Both the position numbers and the translations under genes were made by a program. This document shows, one piece after another, positions 1-8,229 of a stretch of DNA of 32,000 nucleotides. Each line of letters opens with the position of its first letter. The stretch's first letter is position 1. The DNA lies in assembly GCF_000195755.1 (NCBI RefSeq), contig NC_002937.3, forward strand, positions 3,300,001 through 3,332,000. The letters are read 5' to 3'. Under the pieces are notes generated by a model, which was not told the origin of the DNA, made no database searches, and saw only the letters and a program-made list of their open reading frames with translations. This stretch comes from Nitratidesulfovibrio vulgaris str. Hildenborough (GTDB lineage Bacteria; Desulfobacterota; Desulfovibrionia; Desulfovibrionales; Desulfovibrionaceae).

Positions 1-516
1 GCACAGCTTCTCGGGCCACTCGTCCCAGCTTGCGCCGGAATGGGCGGACTTGATGGATACGAAGGCCGCATAGTCGTCAAGCCAGTGGGCCTCGGCACGG
101 CAGAAGTCACGGAAACCGCCATCAACGGCAAGGGCACCACGGTTGCGTTCGTAGGCGGCGCGCAAGACCCGGCGCCGGTGGCTGTCCACCGCCTCATAGT
201 CGACACGCGAAAGTGCGCCGCCTTCGCTCACACCCCCCGGCAGGTCGCCGATATCGGCCCATGAGACCAGCCCTTCGTCGGCGAGACGTTCAAGGCTGAT
301 GAACAGCGGATTGCACGCAAAGGCCGAGGGACTCGAATAGGGTGAGTTGCCTATGAACGTCGATGTCGGATTGAGGGGGAGGAATTGCCAGCACGACTGG
401 CCCGCCGACGCCAAGAGGCGCACGAAGGCATGGGCCGCAGGGCCGATGTCGCCGATGCCCCCGACGGATGGTAACGAGGAGAAATGCAGCAGGATGCCAC
501 TTGCGCGCACGCTCAT
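1..516 (-). CDS. malQ: 4-alpha-glucanotransferase (GH77 amylomaltase), N-terminal 172 codons only; the gene continues past the left edge
   Basis: Absent from the supplied track because it is open at the window edge. The reverse-strand frame ends exactly at base 1 and starts with ATG at 516-514, preceded by GGAGG with a 6-nt spacer. It reads MSVRASGILLHFSSLPSVGGIGDIGPAAHAFVRLLASAGQSCWQFLPLNPTSTFIGNSPYSSPSAFACNPLFISLERL..., the classic amylomaltase N-terminus (GILLHxSSLPSxxGIGDxG ... WQxLPL ... SPYxxxSxFAxNPLxI). Confidence 0.8.
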   Translation of the reverse strand, partial: MSVRASGILLHFSSLPSVGGIGDIGPAAHAFVRLLASAGQSCWQFLPLNPTSTFIGNSPYSSPSAFACNPLFISLERLADEGLVSWADIGDLPGGVSEGGALSRVDYEAVDSHRRRVLRAAYERNRGALAVDGGFRDFCRAEAHWLDDYAAFVSIKSAHSGASWDEWPEKLC

Positions 517-724
517 GCCTGACCTCCGTGTGGTGTGCAATGGTACCATGGGTTCCGCACGGCGTCACCGAAGAGAGTCTTCGCAGACGGCGGTATTTTG
601 CAAGGAGAACACGCCCAGGCGGTAGACGGCATGGAGGAGGACTGACTTGCCCGGAGCCCCCTGCCCGTGCCCGCCGGGTGACGGCGGTGACTTCGAAGCG
701 TGCAGGACGCCCGGTGGCGCCAGG

Positions 725-1615
725 CTAGTAATACAGGAAGGCGGGCTGGCCCATGTTCTGCGGCGGGGCGATGCCGAGTGCCGATTCGAGCACCTCGCGC
801 ACCCACGACCGTTCCTTGGGCGGTTCGATGAACACGGGCTTTTCACCCTTGAGGTCCACAAGGGCAAGCAGCACGTCCATGGCTGCGGCTTCGCTGCCAA
901 GCTTGTCCACCAGCCCCAGTTCAAGTGCCTGCGACCCGGTGAGGATGCGCCCGTCGGCGAAACTGCGCACCTTCTCGACCGGGATGTTGCGGTCTTCGGC
1001 AATCATGCTCACGAATTGACCGTACATCTCCATGATGATGCTCTGAAAGTAGGCGCGTTCCGCTTCGGACATGGCGCGGAAGGGCGAACCGGCGTCCTTG
1101 AGGTCGCCGGAGACGAGCGTCTGCCGTGCCACGCCAATCTTGTCCATGAGTCCCTGCACGTTGGGCATCTCCATCTTCACGCCGATGGACCCCGTGATGG
1201 TGGCAGGGTTGGCGACGATGCGGGTGGCACCCGTGGAGACCATGAGCCCGCCAGATGCGGCAAGGCTGCCCATGGAGACGACGACGGGCTTGTCGGCAGC
1301 AAGCCGTTTCACGGCATCGTGCAATTCCTGCGAGGGGGCGACAGCCCCGCCGGGCGAGTCGACCCGCACCAGCACCCCGCGCACGGTGCGGTCTTCGGCA
1401 AGCTTGCGCATCCACTCCAGTGTCTTGCGTACATCGCCGATCATGCCTTCGATGCGCACGATGCCGATGCGCGGGCCCCCGAAGGAGCCAGCATCGGTCA
1501 AATGACGAAAGGTGGCCGTGGCCCCCGTAAAGAGGGCCACCGCCACCATGATGAGCAGGAATCCGAAGATGAACGGATGCCGCTGGCTGAAAGAGAGCCT
1601 AGTTGTCGGCTGCAT
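725..1615 (-). CDS. sppA: signal peptide peptidase SppA, 36K type (S49 family)
   Basis: 296-aa ORF with an N-terminal TM helix (FIFGFLLIMVAVALF) followed by the S49 core (VLVRVDSPGG, SMGSLAASGG nucleophile region, ITGSIGV). The start ATG (1615-1613) lies 14 nt upstream of the rpsA stop, giving a 17-nt overlap. Confidence 0.85.
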   Translation of the reverse strand: MQPTTRLSFSQRHPFIFGFLLIMVAVALFTGATATFRHLTDAGSFGGPRIGIVRIEGMIGDVRKTLEWMRKLAEDRTVRGVLVRVDSPGGAVAPSQELHDAVKRLAADKPVVVSMGSLAASGGLMVSTGATRIVANPATITGSIGVKMEMPNVQGLMDKIGVARQTLVSGDLKDAGSPFRAMSEAERAYFQSIIMEMYGQFVSMIAEDRNIPVEKVRSFADGRILTGSQALELGLVDKLGSEAAAMDVLLALVDLKGEKPVFIEPPKERSWVREVLESALGIAPPQNMGQPAFLYY

Positions 1616-3332
1616 CCTCTTCCAGCTTCAGCTTGAGGATATCGCCAAGGGTCTGACCGCCCACTTCGGGAGAACCGGAACGGAACTCCTTGGGCTTGCG
1701 ACGCTCTTCCTCATCCTTGAGCTGCTTGATGGAGAGGCCGAGACGACGCTCTTCCGCGCTCACATGGATGACCTTGGCCTGGATCTCCTGACCTTCCTTG
1801 TAGATCTCGGAAGGAGATTTGATCTTCTTCTGGCTGATTTCGGAGACGTGGACGAGGCCTTCGATGCCCTCTTCCACTTCCACGAACAGGCCGAAGTCGG
1901 TGATGTTGGTCACGCTACCGGTGACGAGGGTGCCCACGGGGTAGGTGGCGGGCACACGGCTCCACGGGTCTTCGGCAAGCTGCTTCACGCCGAGGGTGAA
2001 CTTCTCGTTCTCCTGATCGACGGTGAGCACCTTGGCCTGCACGACATCGCCGACCTTGTACATCTCGTTGGGATGACGGATCTTCTTGGTCCAGCTGATG
2101 TCGGACACGTGGATGAGGCCGTCGATGCCGTCTTCGATGCCGATGAACATGCCGAATTCGGTGATGTTCTTGATGACGCCCTCAAGGATGGTCCCTTCGG
2201 GGTACTTCTCGGCCACGACTTCCCAAGGATTGGGCTTGACCTGCTTCATGCCGAGGGAGATGCGCTTCTTGTCGGGGTCGACGCCGAGGATGACCACCTC
2301 GACTTCATCGCCCACGCGCACCATCTGCGAAGGATGACGCAGCTTGCGGGTCCAGGACATCTCGGAGATGTGCACCAGGCCTTCCACACCGGGTTCGAGT
2401 TCGACGAAGGCACCGTAGTCGACAAGGTTGGTGACCTTGCCCTGACCGCGCAGACCTTCGGGGAACTTGGCGGTGATGTCCTGCCACGGGTCGGCCACCA
2501 GCTGCTTCATGCCGAGGGAGACCTTCTGGCTGTCGCGGTCGAAGGAGAGAACCTTGAGTTCCAGTTCCTGACCGAGGGAGACCAGTTCCTTGGGATGACG
2601 GATGCGCTTCCACGACATGTCGGTGATGTGCAGCAGGCCGTCGAGACCGCCGAGGTCGACGAACACGCCGTACTCGGTGATGTTCTTCGCCTTGCCCTTG
2701 ACCACCTGACCTTCTTCGAGGGTACGCAGAAGATCCTGACGCTTGGAGTCGCGTTCCTCTTCGAGGAGCACGCGGCGGGAAACGATGACGTTGCTGCGGC
2801 GGCGGTTGATCTTGAGAACGCGGAATTCGTATTCCTGGTTCACCAGCGCGTCCATGTCGGGCACGGGGCGCAGGTCGACGTGCGAGCCGGGCAGGAACGC
2901 TTCCACACCGCCGAGGTCGACGGTGTAGCCACCCTTGATGCGACGAACGATACGACCCTTGATGACGCCGTTCTTCTCCTGCACTTCTTCGAGCTGGTCG
3001 AAGAGCTGCATGCGCTTGGCCTTCTCGTAGGACAGGGTGATGGTGCCTTCCATCTCGTTCTTGCGAACGACGAAGACGTCTACCCGGTCGCCCACGCCGA
3101 TGATCAGGTCGCCGTTGGCATCCCTGAATTCGTTGGCAGCGATCTGGCCTTCGGACTTGAAGTTCACGTCGACGAGAACGTAGTCGTCGCCGAGGCGGAC
3201 GATCTCGCCCTTGACGATGGAACCTTCTTCAAGGTCGCCGAAGTCGGAGCTGAGGTAGTTCTCAAGGGCGCTTTCGAAGCTCATATCTGCGTCGAAAGCG
3301 TGATTTTCCATGGTTTCAGGGGTGGTTGCCAT
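1599..3332 (-). CDS. rpsA: 30S ribosomal protein S1 (six S1/OB repeats)
   Basis: Six tandem S1 domains: GSIVKGEIVR; GVIKGRIVRRIKGGYTVDLGG; GQVVKGKAKNITEYGVFVDLGG; GKVTNLVDYGAFVEL; GVIKNITEFGMFIGI; GSVTNITDFGLFVEV. The track ORF starts at 3473 with a non-protein-like 47-aa extension. ATG at 3332 (MATTPETMENH...) follows GGAGGA with a 5-nt spacer. Confidence 0.95.
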   Translation of the reverse strand: MATTPETMENHAFDADMSFESALENYLSSDFGDLEEGSIVKGEIVRLGDDYVLVDVNFKSEGQIAANEFRDANGDLIIGVGDRVDVFVVRKNEMEGTITLSYEKAKRMQLFDQLEEVQEKNGVIKGRIVRRIKGGYTVDLGGVEAFLPGSHVDLRPVPDMDALVNQEYEFRVLKINRRRSNVIVSRRVLLEEERDSKRQDLLRTLEEGQVVKGKAKNITEYGVFVDLGGLDGLLHITDMSWKRIRHPKELVSLGQELELKVLSFDRDSQKVSLGMKQLVADPWQDITAKFPEGLRGQGKVTNLVDYGAFVELEPGVEGLVHISEMSWTRKLRHPSQMVRVGDEVEVVILGVDPDKKRISLGMKQVKPNPWEVVAEKYPEGTILEGVIKNITEFGMFIGIEDGIDGLIHVSDISWTKKIRHPNEMYKVGDVVQAKVLTVDQENEKFTLGVKQLAEDPWSRVPATYPVGTLVTGSVTNITDFGLFVEVEEGIEGLVHVSEISQKKIKSPSEIYKEGQEIQAKVIHVSAEERRLGLSIKQLKDEEERRKPKEFRSGSPEVGGQTLGDILKLKLEEDAADN

Positions 3333-3546
3333 ACGTTTCCTCCAACCAACAACAAAAATTTTCCTGCCCGTATCGAGCCGGATTTGTCTACATAGCAGAA
3401 AGCCCCTGCGAACACAACAGCAACCGCACCATTCACCGGCAACCCGCAACGAGGGGCGTCGGGCATACGGCATCTGTCATGTCCCGCCCCCCTGCACGCC
3501 CATCACGGGCCGCGGCAGTGTCACCACCGCGCAGCCGGACATGCCA

Positions 3547-4839
3547 TCAGGCAAGGGCCACGAGGTCGTAGGTGCGGGTCTCAACGATGTCGGCCTCCAC
3601 CAGCGCGCCGGGTTCGACGCCGGGGCCGCTCACGTAGGTGATGCCGTCTATCTCGGGGGCCTGGAACCACGTGCGCCCGGTGTGCAGTCCCGGCCACTCC
3701 TCGTGCGGGGCGTCCACGAGCACCTGCTGCCGTGTGCCTTCATGGACCGCGAGCAACTCTTCGCTTATCTCGGCCTGTACTTCCATGAGCGCATCGCGCC
3801 GCCACTCCTTCACCCTGTCCTCGACCTGTTCCGGCATCTCCGCAGCAGGAGTGCCCTCTTCGGCACGGTAGGCGAAGACGCCCATATGCGTGAAACGGGT
3901 CTCTTCCACGAAGCTGGTCAGCGCGGCGTAGTGTTCGTCGGTCTCGCCGGGGAACCCCACGATGAGGCTGGTGCGCAAGGCGGCGTCGGGGAAGAAGTCG
4001 CGCACCCGTTCCACCACGCGGCGCGGGTCGCGCGCGAAGGGCCGCCCCATGCGTGAGAGGATGTCGGGGTGTGCGTGCTGCAACGGCACGTCGAAATACG
4101 GCACCAGCGGTGCCCCGGCATCGCGCATGAAGCCGAGCAGTTCGCGCGTCAGCCCCGCCGGGTAAAGGTACATGAGCCGCAGCCGCGCAAGACCGGGCAC
4201 GGGCAGCAGCCTCTCAAGCAACGTGGCGAGGCCGTGCGGGGCGCCGATGTCCTCACCCCATGCCGTCACGTCCTGCGCCACGAGAACGAGCTCGCGCACG
4301 CCTTGCGCCACAAGGTCGCGGGCCTCGCGTTCCAGCACGTCGGCAGGCGTGGAGCGATGTCCGCCCCGGATGGACGGGATGGTGCAGAACGAACAGTTAT
4401 GGCGGCATCCGTCGCTTATCTTCAGCCACGCGTATGACGGCCCGGTGCTCAAGAGTCTGCCGGGAGTGACGGCTCCCTCCAGCTTGAGGGCATGCGCCAG
4501 CATGGCGGGCCATGCCGTGATGTCCTGATTGGGCAGCCATACGTCGACTTCCGGCAGTTCAGAGGCCAGTTCCTTGGCGCCGTAACGACCCACGAGACAC
4601 CCGGCGACCGCCAGCAGAGGGCGCTTGCGCAACCCGGACAGGTCGTCGATGGTCTCGACGATGGTACGCACCGACTCCTCGACGGCGGGCAGGATGAAGC
4701 CGCAGGTGTTGATGAGCACCACGTCGGCACGTGACAGGTGCTCCACCGGCTGCACGGCGACGCCCAGCGAACCCAGGAGATGCTCGGTGTCGACCCTGTT
4801 CTTGGGGCAGCCGAGGCTTATGGAATAAACGCTTATCAT
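3547..4839 (-). CDS. rimO: ribosomal protein S12 methylthiotransferase RimO (radical SAM MTTase)
   Basis: The N-terminal MTTase motif is SLGCPKNRVDTEHLLG. The radical-SAM cysteine triad is CRHNCSFC. The C-terminal TRAM-like segment is GALVEADIVETRTYDLVA. The ORF is 430 aa. Confidence 0.9.
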   Translation of the reverse strand: MISVYSISLGCPKNRVDTEHLLGSLGVAVQPVEHLSRADVVLINTCGFILPAVEESVRTIVETIDDLSGLRKRPLLAVAGCLVGRYGAKELASELPEVDVWLPNQDITAWPAMLAHALKLEGAVTPGRLLSTGPSYAWLKISDGCRHNCSFCTIPSIRGGHRSTPADVLEREARDLVAQGVRELVLVAQDVTAWGEDIGAPHGLATLLERLLPVPGLARLRLMYLYPAGLTRELLGFMRDAGAPLVPYFDVPLQHAHPDILSRMGRPFARDPRRVVERVRDFFPDAALRTSLIVGFPGETDEHYAALTSFVEETRFTHMGVFAYRAEEGTPAAEMPEQVEDRVKEWRRDALMEVQAEISEELLAVHEGTRQQVLVDAPHEEWPGLHTGRTWFQAPEIDGITYVSGPGVEPGALVEADIVETRTYDLVALA

Positions 4840-4917
4840 ATGTCGTTTTCCGGGCTAGGATGAAAGAAAGTACACATTCGGACGGACACCCTCAGGGCTC
4901 ACCCGACGGAGGTACGC

Positions 4918-6579
4918 ATGAACCGCTCAACCGGAACATCCCACGATCGCAGGCCCTTTCCGCTGGCGGTGGCAGGAACGGGCAGGCCACTCGGCCCCAT
5001 GCTCACCTTCCTGCGCCGTAGGGATTTTACCGACGCATTCCCGTGGGTCAAGCTCGTTGCCGTCGTGCTTCCCCACGGAATGGACCTTCCGCCCATGCCG
5101 CTGGCCGAGGGACTACCCCGCTACGGCGACGCCGCCACCCTCTTCGCCAGCCACCCCGACCTGCGCCTCATCCTCGACCTCACCGACGACGGTTCGCTGA
5201 CGGACGGGCTTCGTGCCAGCGCCCCCCCCGGGGTCTCGGTGGTGGGGCCGGACTCGGCACTGGTGCTGCTCGAGGTCATGGCCTCGGAAAGGATGTGCGG
5301 AAGCTGCAACGTCCAGTTGCAGCAGGCGCGCGACCTTTTCGCCACCCTCATCGACCAGGTCGATGAGGACATCCTGCTCATCGACACCGAAGGGCATATC
5401 CTCGACCTCAACCGCAACATCCTCGAACGCAAGGGAGGCACCAAGGACGACTGGGTCGGTGCATGCTGCAAGGAGATAGACGGCCCGGATTTCTGTGCCC
5501 CCCCTGAACGTGGCGGCTGCCCCTTCCGCGAGACCACCGCCACGGGGCGCAAGGCCGAACGCATCCACACCAAGGTCGACGAGGAGGGGCGCGTCCGCTA
5601 CTTCCGCGTCTACACCTACCCCGTGCAGGACCAGAACGGGCGCCTCACCAGCATCATCGAGATGCGGCGCGACATCACCAACCGCACGAACATGGAACTG
5701 CGCCTTCAGCAATCCGAGAAGCTTGCCGCCATAGGCGAACTGGCCACCTACATCGCCCACGAGATACGCAACCCGCTCTTCGCCATCGGCGGCTTCGCCA
5801 ACTCGCTGCTGCGCCTCCCCACGCTGGACGAGACCGCGCGGGGCAAGGTTCAGGTCATCCTCGAAGAATCGCGCAGACTCGACAACATCCTGCGCAGCAT
5901 CCTCAACTTCGCGCGGCCCACCACCTCCAAGGCGGGCAAGGCCGACCTCAACGGTGTCGTGCGCCAGACACTGGAACTCATGGCCTTCGGCTTCGACACG
6001 CGGCGCATCACCAGTGAACTTGCCCTCGCCGCCGACCTGCCGCGTGTACGCGGCGACGCCGAACTCATCAAGCAGTGTCTCATCAACCTCGTCAAGAACG
6101 CACAGGAGGCCATGCCGGGTGGCGGAGTGCTCACCGTGCGCACCGGCATGACGCACAGCCATGTCTTCGTGACGGTGGAGGACTCCGGCGAAGGCATCCC
6201 CGCCGAGATGCACGAGCGCATCTTCAGCCCGTTCTTCAGCACCAAGGAGAAGGGGGCGGGCATCGGCCTCGCCATGACGCGCAAGATCGTCGAGGACATG
6301 GGCGGCAAGGTCGACCTCGTGAGCCACGTGGGCAAGGGCACGCGCATCACGCTCTTCCTGCCCCCCGTACTTGCCGTGCCGGAAGGCGAGACGCCCCCGC
6401 ACGCGAACGGACCTGCCGGAGAGGACACCCCCGGAGAGACCGGCAGGCAGGGCTCCCCGTCAAGCCGGGATGCACAGACCTCGGAGACCGCGACGTCGGG
6501 CACGCCCCCCCCGCCGGAGACCGCCTCCGCCCCCGCATCGTCGGCGACGTCGCCCTGTCCGTTCGCACGCAAGGATTGA
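4918..6579 (+). CDS. cytoplasmic PAS-type sensor histidine kinase, Cys-rich, orphan (no adjacent response regulator)
   Basis: No TM segment is visible. A PAS-like region (DEDILLIDTEGHILDLNRNILE ... RYFRVYTYPVQDQNGRLTSIIEMRRDITNR) is followed by the HisKA H-box ATYIAHEIRNPL. HATPase_c boxes are LINLVKNAQEAM, DSGEGIP and FFSTKEKGAGIGLAMTRKIVEDMGGK. The C-terminal ~70 aa form a Pro/Thr/Ser-rich tail. ATG 4918 is preceded by GGAGG with a 5-nt spacer. Confidence 0.85.
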   Translation: MNRSTGTSHDRRPFPLAVAGTGRPLGPMLTFLRRRDFTDAFPWVKLVAVVLPHGMDLPPMPLAEGLPRYGDAATLFASHPDLRLILDLTDDGSLTDGLRASAPPGVSVVGPDSALVLLEVMASERMCGSCNVQLQQARDLFATLIDQVDEDILLIDTEGHILDLNRNILERKGGTKDDWVGACCKEIDGPDFCAPPERGGCPFRETTATGRKAERIHTKVDEEGRVRYFRVYTYPVQDQNGRLTSIIEMRRDITNRTNMELRLQQSEKLAAIGELATYIAHEIRNPLFAIGGFANSLLRLPTLDETARGKVQVILEESRRLDNILRSILNFARPTTSKAGKADLNGVVRQTLELMAFGFDTRRITSELALAADLPRVRGDAELIKQCLINLVKNAQEAMPGGGVLTVRTGMTHSHVFVTVEDSGEGIPAEMHERIFSPFFSTKEKGAGIGLAMTRKIVEDMGGKVDLVSHVGKGTRITLFLPPVLAVPEGETPPHANGPAGEDTPGETGRQGSPSSRDAQTSETATSGTPPPPETASAPASSATSPCPFARKD

Positions 6580-7130
6580 GGCATGGAGGCCCTCAAGATA
6601 GTGTGGGAGTCTCTCTCGCCGGGAACTCCAACAGGACGCACCTAGCCCCGCCATGGGGCTGGTCGCCTCACCGGACAGGCCGCCGGCAGACACACCACAG
6701 GCCGCGCACCCTATTGTCCTTGAGGCCATTGGGCCGGGTGCATGGGCGCGTGGGATGTACACCGGAGCAGGGACAGAATGCCCCCCTGTCCGTGCACAGT
6801 CCAACGCCCTCTTTTCCGTCGTCCTTCTTCCGTCGCCCCATTGCCGGTCTTGGGTCGCGGGTCGTGGGGCGCACGTGTGGAGTCCTGCGCCAAGCATGCA
6901 TACCGCGGGTCAGCTTCCCCAGCCAAGCACACACGCGCACCGCAGAGGGGGCGGGCATAGCCCCGGTCACGCACCGCGACACGGCGCCCCCCCACGTCTT
7001 GCCCCCCGCAGCACATGGGGTTACCACGCAAGGGTGCCCACGATGTGCGGCGCAAGGCCACTGAAACGCGCCTCCCACCCCAAACCTCGACCGCACCCGC
7101 ACACGGCGTGCGCCAGTCCAAGGACGCTTC

Positions 7131-7754
7131 ATGACCAAGGCTACCATCGTGCTCGCCACCCGCAACGCAGGCAAGGTCGCTGAACTCGCCGACGCCCTGC
7201 GTGCCTACGGGCTCGACGTACTCGGCCTCGACGCCTTTCCGCAGGTGGGCGAGATAGAGGAGACGGGCACCACCTTCGAGGAGAACGCCCTGCTGAAGGC
7301 ACGTGCCGTGGCGGAAGCCACCGGACATGTCGCCGTGGCGGACGATTCCGGCCTCGAGGTCGACGCGCTGGAAAGACGCCCCGGCGTCTATTCCGCACGG
7401 TATTCCGACGACACGCCCGACCTCCCCGGCGACACGCGCGATGCCCGCAACAACGCCAAGCTGCTGCTTGAACTCGACGGCGTGCCCGCCGAACGGCGCA
7501 CGGCACGTTTCCGTTGTGTCATGGCAGCCTGCACGCCCGACGGACGACATGTCTTCGCCGAAGGTGCGTGGGAAGGCCACATCGCCCTCGCCCCGGAAGG
7601 CGACAACGGCTTCGGCTACGACCCGCTGTTCATCGACCCGCAGTCAGGCCTCCACTCGGCGCAGCTTTCACGCGACGAGAAGAACGCCCGCAGCCATCGC
7701 GGCAAGGCGCTACGACGTCTCCTCGAACTGTGGCCCGCCTTCTGGCGCGGCTGA
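7131..7754 (+). CDS. rdgB: dITP/XTP pyrophosphatase (Ham1/RdgB family)
   Basis: 207 aa, with ATRNAGKVAEL, EETGTTFEENALLKA, ADDSGLEVDAL, FGYDPLF and SHRGKAL, all hallmark RdgB/Ham1 motifs. Confidence 0.9.
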   Translation: MTKATIVLATRNAGKVAELADALRAYGLDVLGLDAFPQVGEIEETGTTFEENALLKARAVAEATGHVAVADDSGLEVDALERRPGVYSARYSDDTPDLPGDTRDARNNAKLLLELDGVPAERRTARFRCVMAACTPDGRHVFAEGAWEGHIALAPEGDNGFGYDPLFIDPQSGLHSAQLSRDEKNARSHRGKALRRLLELWPAFWRG

Positions 7755-7869
7755 TACCTTTCCCCTGAATGCCATGGGGCCGTCGCCGCGTCATGTGCGG
7801 TGGCGGCCCTTCATCCTCGGACATGCGGGCAGCCCGCGGCCTCCTGTTCTGCCCATGCCCGCCGTCCCT

Positions 7870-7914
7870 CATCACGAAGTCCGGCATCACGAAGTCCGGC
7901 ACCATCAAGTCCCG
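7870..7914. repeat. 15-bp tandem direct repeat, 2 perfect copies plus 1 degenerate, in the rdgB-dcrH spacer
   Basis: CATCACGAAGTCCGG occurs at 7870-7884 and 7885-7899, followed by the degenerate CACCATCAAGTCCCG at 7900-7914. Confidence 0.9.
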
Positions 7915-7924
7915 CCGGGTCAGC

Positions 7925-7967
7925 GCATCCCGCCAGCGATCCCCTTCAAACAGCATCCCGCCAGCGA
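7925..7967. repeat. 15-bp direct repeat pair with 28-bp periodicity
   Basis: GCATCCCGCCAGCGA occurs at 7925-7939 and again at 7953-7967, immediately downstream of the 15-bp tandem repeat. Confidence 0.9.
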
Positions 7968-8109
7968 GAATGCGCAGTGCCCCGGCAACGCGCACCACCA
8001 CAAGTCACGTTCACTCTGCACACGACACCGCACGCACCCCGCGCCTTGCCGCGGCGGCCCATGCCCCACCCCTTCCTGCGTGTATTTCCCGCATGGGCGC
8101 AACCTATCA

Positions 8110-8139
8110 TTGGTCGCCCCAAACCTGCGGTGCTATGAT
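8110..8139 (+). promoter_or_regulatory. candidate sigma70-type promoter for dcrH (TTGGTC-N18-TATGAT)
   Basis: TATGAT at 8134-8139 is a near-consensus -10 box and TTGGTC at 8110-8115 is a weak -35, about 90 nt upstream of the dcrH start. This rests on a pattern match only. Confidence 0.25.
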
Positions 8140-8229
8140 GCCAATCCACACCCCGTCCCGGCGTACCGCCCGACCACCGCGCACACCTGCGAGGCGGTGC
8201 GACCGTAACCCCGCATGGGGAGGAACACG

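Noticed and set aside
1512-3395. 627-aa ORF on the + strand covering the whole rpsA locus. Similar long mirror ORFs occur at 647-1636 (+), 5113-6402 (-), 6711-7580 (-), 10039-11358 (-) and 11548-12372 (-).
   Set aside because: These are antisense shadow ORFs typical of high-GC DNA. Their products are dominated by Gly, Asp, His, Leu, Val or Arg runs with no recognisable motifs, whereas the opposite strand encodes unmistakable conserved proteins (S1, SppA, histidine kinase, RdgB, DcrH, GlmS).
6580-7130. Checked the long gap for RNase P RNA, tmRNA, SRP RNA or 6S RNA. The reverse strand contains GAAGCTGACC, like the 5' end of E. coli RNase P RNA, and a CAAGG.CAATAGGG stretch.
   Set aside because: The universal cores are absent (GAGGAAAGTCCGGGC and ACAGAAxCCGGCTTA for RNase P; the tmRNA tag and acceptor; the SRP GGAAGCAGCC motif). 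The short matches look coincidental.
8120-8147. Sigma28 (FliA)-like promoter CAAA-N16-GCCAATCC upstream of the chemoreceptor gene dcrH.
   Set aside because: It matches TAAA-N15-GCCGATAA only partially, with the wrong spacing and three mismatches. A sigma70-like TATGAT overlaps the same DNA and is the simpler reading. Neither is proven.
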